Positions 19,478-30,106 of a stretch of DNA of 64,000 nt are shown in pieces. The notes under the pieces were generated by a model that saw only the letters and a list, made by a program, of their open reading frames with translations, was not told the DNA's origin and made no database searches. Both the position numbers and the translations under genes were made by a program. This stretch comes from Candidatus Latescibacterota bacterium (lineage in GTDB: Bacteria; Latescibacterota; UBA2968; UBA8231), in the NCBI GenBank assembly GCA_965221775.1, contig CBDCSU010000005.1, positions 192,001 through 256,000 on the forward strand, read 5' to 3'. The first letter of the stretch is position 1; each line of letters begins with the position of its first letter.

Positions 19478-19542
19478 GAGTCAGCCTGCTGCCGCAGCGG
19501 GCGGGCAGGTCCGGGGGCCGCGGGGCCCCGGCAGAGCCGCCA

Positions 19543-20121
19543 TCAGGTCCTCACGCGCAGGTTGCGGAACCAGCAGACGCCGCCGTGGTCCTGCAGGCCG
19601 ATGTGGCCGCGGCGGGGCATCTCTTTCCAGGCGTAGCGGTACTTGTTCGCCGTGCCGTCGGGGCATCGTCCGGGGGTGTCGTAGTCGTCGATGTCGACGT
19701 CCCAGGCGTGCAGGCCGTTCTGCTCCAGCTGCATGCGCGGACCCCGGCAGGTGAGCCGCATCCGGTTCCACTCCCCGGCCGGCCGGGCCACGTCCTGCGC
19801 CGGGGCGACCAGATCGTAGAGGGCCCCGGAGGAGTGCCGGTCCTGCTCCTGGCCCCGGGTGTCCAGGATCTGGATCTCCAGCCCCGTGTTCACGGGGTCC
19901 CCCAGGTCCGACCAGCGGAAGAACACGCCGCTGTTGCAGCGAGGCTCGGTGCGGTACTCCAGGTCCAGCTCGAAGTCCTCGAATCGGTCCAGCGTGTACA
20001 GGTAGCCCCCGCTCTGCGCGCGGCAGCGGATGCAGCCGTCGTCCACGTCCCAGCCGGCGGCGTCGCCGGTGGCCGCCCAGCCGCCCAGGTCGCGGCCGTT
20101 GAACAGCTCTCTCCAACTCAC
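19543..20121 (-). CDS. DUF1080 / 3-keto-disaccharide hydrolase family
   Basis: [44 protein letters not shown]. Confidence 0.9.
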   Translation of the reverse strand: MSWRELFNGRDLGGWAATGDAAGWDVDDGCIRCRAQSGGYLYTLDRFEDFELDLEYRTEPRCNSGVFFRWSDLGDPVNTGLEIQILDTRGQEQDRHSSGALYDLVAPAQDVARPAGEWNRMRLTCRGPRMQLEQNGLHAWDVDIDDYDTPGRCPDGTANKYRYAWKEMPRRGHIGLQDHGGVCWFRNLRVRT

Positions 20122-20132
20122 GCCATCCTCCC

Positions 20133-21131
20133 TCAGCCGGTGTCGGCGACCTTCACCGGCGCGCCGGTGCGCGCCGACTCCCAGGCCGCCTCGGTCAGCT
20201 CGATCACCCGCAGGCCGCACTCGGGCGGCACCTGCACCTCGTCGCGGCCGAGGATGGCGTCGAAGAAGTTGCGGTCCGGCGACCCCGCACCCGGCAGACC
20301 CGTGGGCTCCCAGGCGTCGCCGTGGCCGGCCCTCTTGTAAGTGAGCCTGCCGTTGCGGATGTAGACGGCGGCCTTGGAGCCCCAGATGGTGATGTCCTCC
20401 CAGATGCCGCCGGTGGGGGCGTTGCCGACCACCGACAGGTTGCCCAGGGCCCCGCCGCGGAACCGCAGGGACATGGCCGAGTTGATGTCGACCTCGGTGT
20501 CGAAGTTGTCCATCCACGCCTGCACCTCCTCGACGGCCAGGCCGGTCATCCAGAGGACGACGTCGAGGAGGTGGCTGCCCGAGTCGTTGAGCTGGCCGCC
20601 GCCCGACAGGGACGGGTCCTGGCGCCACTGGCCCTGCTGGGCGCGGTACCAGCCCTGGTCCTGCAGGGCGGAGATGAACTGGATCTCGCCGAGGTCGCCG
20701 GCGCGGACCTGGTTGCGCACGAAGCGGTACACCGGCTCCAGGTGCCGCTGGTAGGAGACCATGAGGACGCGCTCGGTCTCCCGGGCCCGGCGGATCACCC
20801 GGTGGGCGTGGTCGACGGTGCAGACCATCGGCTTCTCGGTGAGCACGTGGCAGCCCTTGTCGAGGCTGTCCATGATCTGCTGGAAGTGCAGGGTGTGGGG
20901 CGTGGAGATCTCGACGGCGTCGAGCGCGACGGTGTCGAGCATCTCGCGGTGGTCGGCGAAGGCCCTGGCATGCCGTGCCCCTTCGTTGCGCTCGAGGGCC
21001 CGGTCGAGGCTGCCCTGGCTGGGGTCGCAGAGGGCCGCCACCTCGGCCTCGGGGATCTGCAGCACCTGTCCAATGTGGCCGGAGGCATTGCCGCCGCACC
21101 CGATGAATCCGACCCGGATCGGTCCCGCCAT
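20133..21131 (-). CDS. Gfo/Idh/MocA family NAD-dependent oxidoreductase
   Basis: GFIGCG, STPHTLH, HVLTEKPM, GGGQLNDSGSH. Confidence 0.9.
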   Translation of the reverse strand: MAGPIRVGFIGCGGNASGHIGQVLQIPEAEVAALCDPSQGSLDRALERNEGARHARAFADHREMLDTVALDAVEISTPHTLHFQQIMDSLDKGCHVLTEKPMVCTVDHAHRVIRRARETERVLMVSYQRHLEPVYRFVRNQVRAGDLGEIQFISALQDQGWYRAQQGQWRQDPSLSGGGQLNDSGSHLLDVVLWMTGLAVEEVQAWMDNFDTEVDINSAMSLRFRGGALGNLSVVGNAPTGGIWEDITIWGSKAAVYIRNGRLTYKRAGHGDAWEPTGLPGAGSPDRNFFDAILGRDEVQVPPECGLRVIELTEAAWESARTGAPVKVADTG

Positions 21132-21230
21132 CGTCCGCTCCTTTCGTCCCCGGCCGCCGTCATGACGGCCTTCTGGGGGGCGCGGCAATATACCGGGGGC
21201 CCCGCGCCTTCTCAACCGGACGAGGCCGGC

Positions 21231-23171
<1,941 letters not shown>

Positions 23172-25958
23172 TCAAACCCCCGGGAACCCGGGAAAGGCCC
23201 GCTGCAGGACCCGCCCGGTGTGCGAGTGCGGACAGGCGGCGACCTCCCGCGGGGGGCCCGTCACCACCACCCGGCCGCCGTCGCCCCCGGCCCCCGGGCC
23301 GAGATCGACGACGTGGTCGGCGGCGGCGATCACGTACGGGTCGTGCTCGACGACGAGGACCGTGTCGCCGCGGTCGACCAGGCGCTGGAGCAGCTCCACG
23401 AGCAGGGCCGTGTCGCAGCGGTGCAGCCCGGAGGTGGGCTCGTCCAGCAGGTAGAGGGTGCGCTCCACCGCCGGCCGGCCGAGCTCGGCGGAGAGCTTCA
23501 CCCGCTGCGCTTCGCCGCCGCTGAGCCGGCCCGCCGGCTGACCGAGGCGGAGGTACCCCAGGCCGAGGTCGGCCAGCAGATCCAGGCGCCGGGCGGCCTC
23601 GGGCACGTTGGCGAACCGGAGCCGCGCCTCGGCCACGCTCAGCTCCAGCACCTCGGCGATCGACAGCCCGCCGAAGCGGACCTCCAGGACCTCCCGCCGG
23701 TAGCGGGTGCCCGCGCAGCGGCCGCAGGGAAGGGGCAGGTCCTCCAGGTCCAGCGCCGCCTCCGGCTCGCGGCCGGTACCGCCGCAGCGGCTGCAGGCGC
23801 CGCCGCTGTTGAAGCTGAAGTCTCCCGGACGGTAGCCGCGCAACCGGGCCTCGGGCGACTGCGCGAACAGCTCCCGCAGGACGGCCATGAGGCCGGTGCA
23901 GGTGGCCGCGTTGGAGCGCCCCGTGCGGCCGATGGGGGACTGGTCGACGGCGACCACCCGTTGCAGGGCCTCGGCCCCCCGCAGACCGTCGAAGGGCAGG
24001 GGGCGGCGTCCGGCCCCCTGCAGGCGGGCGGCCAGGGCCGGGTGCAGGGTGTGATGGACGAGACTGCTCTTGCCCGAGCCCGAGACGCCGGTGACGCTCA
24101 CCAGGCAGCCGAGGGGAAGGCGGAGATCGGCACCCTGCAGGTTGTGGCCGCGGGCGCCGAGGAGCTCGAGCCAGCCGCCGGCGCCGGCGGAGCGCCCGCG
24201 GCGGCCGGGCGGGTCTCCGGCAAGGGCCCGTCCGGTGGGGGTGCCGGCAGCCCGTGCCTCCCGGGGCGGACCCTGGTAGAGGAGGCGTCCGCCTTCGTCG
24301 CCGGCGCCGGGTCCGAGCTCCACGAGCAGGTCCGCGTCTCCGATCAGGTCGAGGTCGTGCTCGACGACGAGGACGGAGTTGCCCCCGTCCCGGAGCCGCT
24401 CAAGGGCGGCCGACAGGCGCCGGGTGTCGCGTCCGTGGAGGCCGGCGCCGGGCTCGTCGAGGACGTAGAGGACCCGGGAGAGTCCCGACCCGAGGGCGGC
24501 CACGAGCTGCAGGCGCTGCAGTTCCCCCGCCGACAGGGTCGGCGCTCTGCGGTCGAGGGTGAGGTACCCGAGTCCGAGGTCGATCATCACCTCCACGCCG
24601 CGGCGGACGACGTCCAGGATGTGGTCGGCCAGGGCCTGCTTCCCGGGGGGTACGGCGACCCCGGCGAGCCACTCGGCGGCCTCGGAGAGGGTGCGCCCCT
24701 GCAGACCGCCGAGGCTCTCGCCGTCGATGCGGACGGCGCGGGACGGAGCCGACAGCCGGCTGCCCCCGCACCCGGGGCACGGAGAGCCGGCCCCGTCCCC
24801 CTGAAGCTCCTCCAGCCAGGCCCGCTCGGCGGCGTCGTCGACGACCGCGGCTCTCGCGTCGAGCCAGCGGCGCAGGCCGGTGAACGGTTGGCCGCGGGCC
24901 CGGGGTCCCTCGCCCTCCCACAGACCCTGCACCGCCGCCTCCGGCCACTCCGAGAGAGGCTCCGACGGGTCGACCCCGGCGCGCCGGCAGAACGCCTCCA
25001 CCGTGCGCCGCAGCCGGCGATGCCCGAAGCGCTCCCACAGCACCGCCAGCGACGCCGCCGGGGGCTCGCCGGCCGACAGCAGGCGCTCGAAGGAGCTGCC
25101 CGCCGACAGCCCGGAGCCGCGGCAGTCCGGGCAGGCGCCGTCGGGGCTGTTGAAGCTGAAGAGGGCGGCGGAGATCTCGGGAAAGGCGGCGCCGCAGGCG
25201 GCGCAGGCCGGACGCACGCTGTAGCGCTCCTCGGCGCCGGTGGCCGGATCGAGGAGACCGAGGCGACCCTGGCCGAGCTGCACCGCCGCCTGCAGGGAGC
25301 CGCGCAACCGGCGCCGCATCCCGTCCCTGACGGCGACGCGGTCGACGACCACCTCCGGGGACCGGCCCACGAGGCGGGAGGCCTCCACCTCCTCCAGGAC
25401 CAGGGTCTCGGTTCCGCAGCGGATCCGCCGGTAGCCGCCGCGCTCGACCTCGGCGATCAGCTCCCGGGCGCGGGCCTCCGTGGCCGGCGGCTCCAGGGGA
25501 GCGGTCACCACCAGCCGGCTGCCCTCGGGCCGACCCGAGGCGCGCTCGAGGATCTCGTCGAAGGGTTGGGCCGCCACCGGCTGCCCGCAGTCCAGGCAGT
25601 GGGCCCGGCCCACCCGGGCCCACAGCAGACGCAGGTAGTCGGACAGTCCCGTGATCGTCGCCGCCGTCGAGCGCGACGACGGGCGGCTGCGCGCCTGGGC
25701 GATGGCCAGGGCCGGCCGCAGCCCGTCGATGCGCTGCACCCGCGGCGGCTGCAGGCGCCGGGCGAAGGCGGCGGCGGGCCCCTCCGCGGTCAGCAGGAAC
25801 CGCCGCCGGGCCTCGGCGTAGAGGGTGTCGAAGGCGAGGCTCGACTTGCCCGATCCGGAGACGCCGGTGAGGGCGATGAGCCGGCCGTGGGGAAGGTCCA
25901 GGTCCAGGGACCGCAGGTTGTGCTCGCGGGCGCCGCGGATCTCCAGCTGGTCCTTCAC
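23172..25958 (-). CDS. uvrA: UvrA-family excinuclease ATPase (divergent UvrA or UvrA paralog)
   Basis: GAREHNL, two GVSGSGKSS Walker A motifs, FSFNS, LSAGE/LSGGE signatures, LDEP, Zn-finger CxxC pairs; GTG overlaps the upstream stop. Confidence 0.8.
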   Translation of the reverse strand: MKDQLEIRGAREHNLRSLDLDLPHGRLIALTGVSGSGKSSLAFDTLYAEARRRFLLTAEGPAAAFARRLQPPRVQRIDGLRPALAIAQARSRPSSRSTAATITGLSDYLRLLWARVGRAHCLDCGQPVAAQPFDEILERASGRPEGSRLVVTAPLEPPATEARARELIAEVERGGYRRIRCGTETLVLEEVEASRLVGRSPEVVVDRVAVRDGMRRRLRGSLQAAVQLGQGRLGLLDPATGAEERYSVRPACAACGAAFPEISAALFSFNSPDGACPDCRGSGLSAGSSFERLLSAGEPPAASLAVLWERFGHRRLRRTVEAFCRRAGVDPSEPLSEWPEAAVQGLWEGEGPRARGQPFTGLRRWLDARAAVVDDAAERAWLEELQGDGAGSPCPGCGGSRLSAPSRAVRIDGESLGGLQGRTLSEAAEWLAGVAVPPGKQALADHILDVVRRGVEVMIDLGLGYLTLDRRAPTLSAGELQRLQLVAALGSGLSRVLYVLDEPGAGLHGRDTRRLSAALERLRDGGNSVLVVEHDLDLIGDADLLVELGPGAGDEGGRLLYQGPPREARAAGTPTGRALAGDPPGRRGRSAGAGGWLELLGARGHNLQGADLRLPLGCLVSVTGVSGSGKSSLVHHTLHPALAARLQGAGRRPLPFDGLRGAEALQRVVAVDQSPIGRTGRSNAATCTGLMAVLRELFAQSPEARLRGYRPGDFSFNSGGACSRCGGTGREPEAALDLEDLPLPCGRCAGTRYRREVLEVRFGGLSIAEVLELSVAEARLRFANVPEAARRLDLLADLGLGYLRLGQPAGRLSGGEAQRVKLSAELGRPAVERTLYLLDEPTSGLHRCDTALLVELLQRLVDRGDTVLVVEHDPYVIAAADHVVDLGPGAGGDGGRVVVTGPPREVAACPHSHTGRVLQRAFPGFPGV

Positions 25959-26677
25959 CGAGGCCCGTCCCCCGGCCGCCCCCGGTCCAGCTCCCGCGAA
26001 GCGCGTTCGTAGTCCTCCAGCGAGTCGATCTCGAACCACGGGAGATCGCCGGTCTCCACGGCGCGCAGGTTTCCCGACCGGATCAGGGGCCCGTACGCGG
26101 CGGTGGGATAGACCGCTTCCCCGCCTCCCTCCACCAGCCGTCCGACCTCGCGCCGAACCATCGCCGATCCGGCCTCGTCGAACCGGACCAGCTGCACGCT
26201 CACCGCCTGGGAGGCGGCCGGTGCCAGGTGCTTGCCGATCTCCGTCACCCGGCCCGAGCCGTCGATCCGCAGGTTCATCTCCCCTGCCTCCCTGGCTGCA
26301 CGGGAGTCGACGGCGATGGCGCTGCCCGGTCCCTCCCCCAGGCGCTCGAGGACGGCCGGGTCGAAGAGGATGTCGCAGTTGAACAGGAAGGCGCCGCCCT
26401 CCAGGCAGCCGAGGGCGCGGTGGAGGGACTCGATGCTGTTCGTCGTCCGCCAGTCCTCGTTGATCACGCATCGGGCCCGGCCCCCGAGATGGCGGCGCAC
26501 CTGCCCGGCCTCGTAGCCGGTGACGACGACGACGTCGCCCACGCCGATCCCCGCCAGCGCCTCGAGCTGACGGTCGATGAGGGCCCGGCCGGCCACCGGC
26601 ACCAGGCACTTCGGCCGGCCCTCGGTGAGGTGGCGGAGCCGGGTGCCGGCCCCGGCGGCGAGGATGATGGCGCGCAG
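25955..26677 (-). CDS. Phosphocholine/sugar-phosphate cytidylyltransferase family (LicC-like); probable CTG start
   Basis: In-frame LRAIILAAGAGTRLRHLTEGRPKCLV upstream of the ORF-track start; FNCDILF; EIDSLED; GGAG SD just before the CTG. Confidence 0.82.
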   Translation of the reverse strand: MRAIILAAGAGTRLRHLTEGRPKCLVPVAGRALIDRQLEALAGIGVGDVVVVTGYEAGQVRRHLGGRARCVINEDWRTTNSIESLHRALGCLEGGAFLFNCDILFDPAVLERLGEGPGSAIAVDSRAAREAGEMNLRIDGSGRVTEIGKHLAPAASQAVSVQLVRFDEAGSAMVRREVGRLVEGGGEAVYPTAAYGPLIRSGNLRAVETGDLPWFEIDSLEDYERASRELDRGRPGDGPR

Positions 26678-26790
26678 GGGAATCTCCGTGCCGGAGGATG
26701 GGGGGCCGGGATACGGCCCGCGGGCTGAAACGTCAATATACGGTGGTCTCGACGAGGGCCGGGACGGAGCCCGCCCGAGACCTCATGTCG

Positions 26791-26820
26791 TTGCCCCGGA
26801 CCGAGGTCTATGGCTACATT
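26791..26820 (+). promoter_or_regulatory. Candidate promoter of the lipid synthesis/export operon
   Basis: TTGCCC-18 nt-TACATT in the divergent intergenic region. Confidence 0.4.
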
Positions 26821-26922
26821 CGATCGTGGTCCCTGCCTGCGGTCCCGCTGCCTCCGGAGGCGCCTCCGTTTGTCCACGCCCGGACGCCCCGTCGTCTCCG
26901 CTCGCCCGGCACGCCGAAATCC

Positions 26923-27684
26923 TTGAACGCACTGATCCTGGCCGCCGGCCGCGGACGCCGCCTCCTGCCGTACACCTCCGAGCGCCCCAAGTGCCTCTTG
27001 CAGGTGGGGCCGTGCACGATCCTCGAGCACCAGCTCCGGCGCCTCTCGGCGGCGGGGGTGGAACGGGTGACCATCGTCGCCGGCTTCGGGGCCGAGGCGG
27101 TGCGCCGCCGGGCGCAAGCCTGCGGCCCCGACGTGCGGGTGGTCTTCAATCCCTTCTTCGCCATCTCCGACAACCTGGTCAGCCTGTGGTCGGCGCGCTC
27201 CGAGATCGGCGAGGACACGCTGCTGCTCAACGGCGACAACGTCTTCCACCCCGCCGTCCTGGAGCCCCTGCTCGACGCCGACCCCGGGCCCTGCACCCTC
27301 CTCGTGCACCGGAAGTCCGCCTACGACGAGGACGACATGAAGGTGGCGCTCCGCGGCGGCCGCCTGGCCGCCATCGGCAAGGACCTCCTTCCCGCGCAGG
27401 CACAGGCCGAGTCGATCGGCATCATGCGCATCGCCGGCGACGGCAGCCGCCTGCTGCGCCTCGTTCTCGAGGAGGCGGTGGAGGACGCCGACGCCATGCA
27501 CGGCTTCTACATCGACGGCGTGCGGCGCATGGTCGAGGCCGGATGCCCCGTCCGCTGCGCCGACATCGGCAGCCTGCCGTGGTCGGACATCGACACCGAC
27601 GAGGACCTGCTCGAGGTGCGCCTCCACGTGCAGGCGTACGAGGCCGGCCACCCGGCGGCCTCGGCGGTGCGGGAGCCGGCATGA
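26923..27684 (+). CDS. Phosphocholine/sugar-phosphate cytidylyltransferase family (LicC/IPCT-like)
   Basis: TTG start; ALILAAGRGRRL...PKCLL, LNGDNVF, DEDDMKV, ESIG, DIDTDEDL. Confidence 0.87.
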   Translation: MNALILAAGRGRRLLPYTSERPKCLLQVGPCTILEHQLRRLSAAGVERVTIVAGFGAEAVRRRAQACGPDVRVVFNPFFAISDNLVSLWSARSEIGEDTLLLNGDNVFHPAVLEPLLDADPGPCTLLVHRKSAYDEDDMKVALRGGRLAAIGKDLLPAQAQAESIGIMRIAGDGSRLLRLVLEEAVEDADAMHGFYIDGVRRMVEAGCPVRCADIGSLPWSDIDTDEDLLEVRLHVQAYEAGHPAASAVREPA

Positions 27685-29048
27685 CCGGCGGACTGCTGCT
27701 GTTCGAGGACAGCCCCCGCGGCGCCTGGACCGCGGGCTGCCGCTTCGGCGGTCTCACCACCCTCGAGCGCGGCATCCTGACCATGGCCCGGGCCGGGGTG
27801 GACCGCCTCCTCGTGGCCCTGCCCCCGGGGCTCTCCCCCGCTGCCGGGCGGCGGGTCCGCCGGCTGGATATCGACCTGGAGATCGCTGCCTGGGGGGATT
27901 CGCCGCGCACCACCTTCGGCCCCTCCGACGAGGTGCTGGTCCTGCTGGGCGACCACGTCCACCACCACTCCTCCCTCACGGCCCTGGTCGAGTCCGGCGC
28001 TTCGGGCGACGGGCTGGTGGTGCAGGTCTCGCCCGCGCCCGGCCAGGAGGGGCTCGCCTTCCTCGGCCCGGACGGGGCGACGGGCGGCGGTCCCCGGGGG
28101 GTCAGCACGGGGGCTCTGCTCTGCGACGGCTCCCTGCGACCGCACGAGGTCGTCGGCCGCGGCGGGTCCGCCCTCGAGTTCCTCCGCCGCCGGGCCGCCG
28201 GCCGCGGGGTGCGCACCACCGAGGGCGATCCGTCCCTGTGGCGCCGCGTCGAGGACCGCCGCGGCGCCCGGCAGGCCAGGGCGATGCTCTTCGGGCAGGT
28301 GACCAAGAAGACGAGCGGCCCCGTCTCGCGCCACATCAACGCCCGGCTGTCGATCCCCATCAGCAAGGTGCTGGTCGAGACCGGCCTGTCGCCGCACCTG
28401 GTGACGGTCCTCTTCGTGCTGACCACCGGCCTCGCCGCCGCCTGGCTGATCTCGGATCCGCAACCGTACTGGCGGCTGGCCCTGGCGGGGTGCCTGTGGC
28501 AGATGGCGGCCGTCCTCGACCGCTGCGACGGGGAGATCGCCCGGGTCAAGCTTTGCGAGTCCAGGTTCGGCGCCTGGTTCGACACGGTGACCGACAACCT
28601 GGCCTACGTCGCCGCCTACGCCGCCTTCCTCAAGGCCGCCCACGGGCTCCACCCCGGGCAGCCCCTCTACCTCTACGCCGGCCTGTCGGCGGTGGCCGCC
28701 ATGTTCCTCAGCCTCGGGGTGATGTACCACTACGCTTTGCGCACCGGGTCCGGGTCGCTGCAGAACTACATCGTCGGCTTCGCGCGCCACGTGCCGCAGG
28801 AGGAGAAGGGCGCCCTCTACCGCGCCCTCGAGCGCTACGCCTTCCTGTCGAAGCGCGACTCCTTCGCCTTCGTGCACTTCGTCCTCGCCCTCCTCGGCGC
28901 CTTCGACCTGATCTACCTGTTCACGGTGGGAGGCCTGCACGTGGTCGCCCTCGGAGTGCTGCTGTCGCAGGGCAAGATGCTCGCCGCCCACCAGCGCCGC
29001 TCCGGGGCGGCGGCGGAAGGCCTTCCGCCCGAGGTCGGCGGACGGTGA
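27681..29048 (+). CDS. CDP-alcohol phosphatidyltransferase with degenerate N-terminal nucleotidyltransferase-like domain
   Basis: DRCDGEIAR....SRFGAWFDTVTD matches the CDP-AP signature; GPVSRHINARLS; TM helices; ATGA coupling. Confidence 0.88.
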   Translation: MTGGLLLFEDSPRGAWTAGCRFGGLTTLERGILTMARAGVDRLLVALPPGLSPAAGRRVRRLDIDLEIAAWGDSPRTTFGPSDEVLVLLGDHVHHHSSLTALVESGASGDGLVVQVSPAPGQEGLAFLGPDGATGGGPRGVSTGALLCDGSLRPHEVVGRGGSALEFLRRRAAGRGVRTTEGDPSLWRRVEDRRGARQARAMLFGQVTKKTSGPVSRHINARLSIPISKVLVETGLSPHLVTVLFVLTTGLAAAWLISDPQPYWRLALAGCLWQMAAVLDRCDGEIARVKLCESRFGAWFDTVTDNLAYVAAYAAFLKAAHGLHPGQPLYLYAGLSAVAAMFLSLGVMYHYALRTGSGSLQNYIVGFARHVPQEEKGALYRALERYAFLSKRDSFAFVHFVLALLGAFDLIYLFTVGGLHVVALGVLLSQGKMLAAHQRRSGAAAEGLPPEVGGR

Positions 29049-30106
29049 GGGTCATCCGCTTCCTCCTGCCGGGCCTGGGACTGCTGCTGCTCGGCGGTCT
29101 GGTCGGCGCCCTCGGGGTGGACGAGATCCTCCACAACCTGGCGGTCATGCGCTGGGCCTTCCTCCACGTCGTCCTCCTGGCCCTCGCGTGGCACGTGACC
29201 AACTCGCTGGCCTGGAGCTGCGCCTTCCCGGCCGACGGCTTTCGCCCGCGCCTGTCCCTCCTGTTCAGGTGCAAGCTCGCCGGCGAGGCCGTCAACCAGC
29301 TGACGCCCCTGGCCAACCTCGGGGGCGAGCCCCTCAAGGCCTTCCTGCTCCGCCGCCAGTCGCCGGTCTCGCGCGGACTGGCCTCGGTGGTGGTCAACAA
29401 GGCGGCCCAGGTCTTCACCGGGCTGCTGTTCACGGCCGCGGGGCTGGGCCTGGTGACCTACCACTGGGAGGTGCCCCTGGCGGTGCCCATGCCGGTGCGC
29501 GCCGGTCTGACCCTCCTCCTCCTGGCCGCCGGCCTCCTGACCTGGTCGGCGTACCGCAGCCACGGGCGCATGTTCTCGGCGCTCCTCGTCCTCGCCCGCC
29601 GCTGCGGCCTCGGCCTGGAGAGGATCGAACGCCTGCGCGCCCGGGCCGCGGACATCGACCACCACATCTCCCGCTTCTTCCGGCAGCACAAGGGGCGCTT
29701 CGGCCTGGTCCTGCTGTTCCACGCCTGCGGCTGGCTCCTGGGCGCCTGCGAGACTTTCGTGATCCTCCGGGCCCTCGGCGCCGGCATCGACTTCGAGATC
29801 GCCTTCCTCATCGCCTCGCTGACGGTGGTGATCAACGGCCTGTTCTTCTTCATGCCGTCCAACATCGGCGTCCTCGAAGGGGGGCAGGTCTTCCTGTTCC
29901 TCACTCTCGGACTGGACCCGGCCGCGGGCCTGTCCCTCGGCATCGTCAAGCGCATGCGCAAGCTCCTGTGGATCTCCGTGGGCTGGTTGTTCCTCACCCA
30001 CCTGAGCCGGTCCATGGGCCGCGCCGCGGCTCCGGTGGCCGGTCCGGTGCCCGCCGCGGCCGCTCCGGGCGCGGAGCGGGCCCTGCGTCAGGGCGCGATC
30101 CCATGA
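29045..30106 (+). CDS. Lysylphosphatidylglycerol-synthase TM / UPF0104 flippase-like membrane protein (HpnL-like)
   Basis: AGEAVNQLTP...GGEPLK, PSNIGVLEG, KRMRKL; multiple TM helices. Confidence 0.82.
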   Translation: MRVIRFLLPGLGLLLLGGLVGALGVDEILHNLAVMRWAFLHVVLLALAWHVTNSLAWSCAFPADGFRPRLSLLFRCKLAGEAVNQLTPLANLGGEPLKAFLLRRQSPVSRGLASVVVNKAAQVFTGLLFTAAGLGLVTYHWEVPLAVPMPVRAGLTLLLLAAGLLTWSAYRSHGRMFSALLVLARRCGLGLERIERLRARAADIDHHISRFFRQHKGRFGLVLLFHACGWLLGACETFVILRALGAGIDFEIAFLIASLTVVINGLFFFMPSNIGVLEGGQVFLFLTLGLDPAAGLSLGIVKRMRKLLWISVGWLFLTHLSRSMGRAAAPVAGPVPAAAAPGAERALRQGAIP

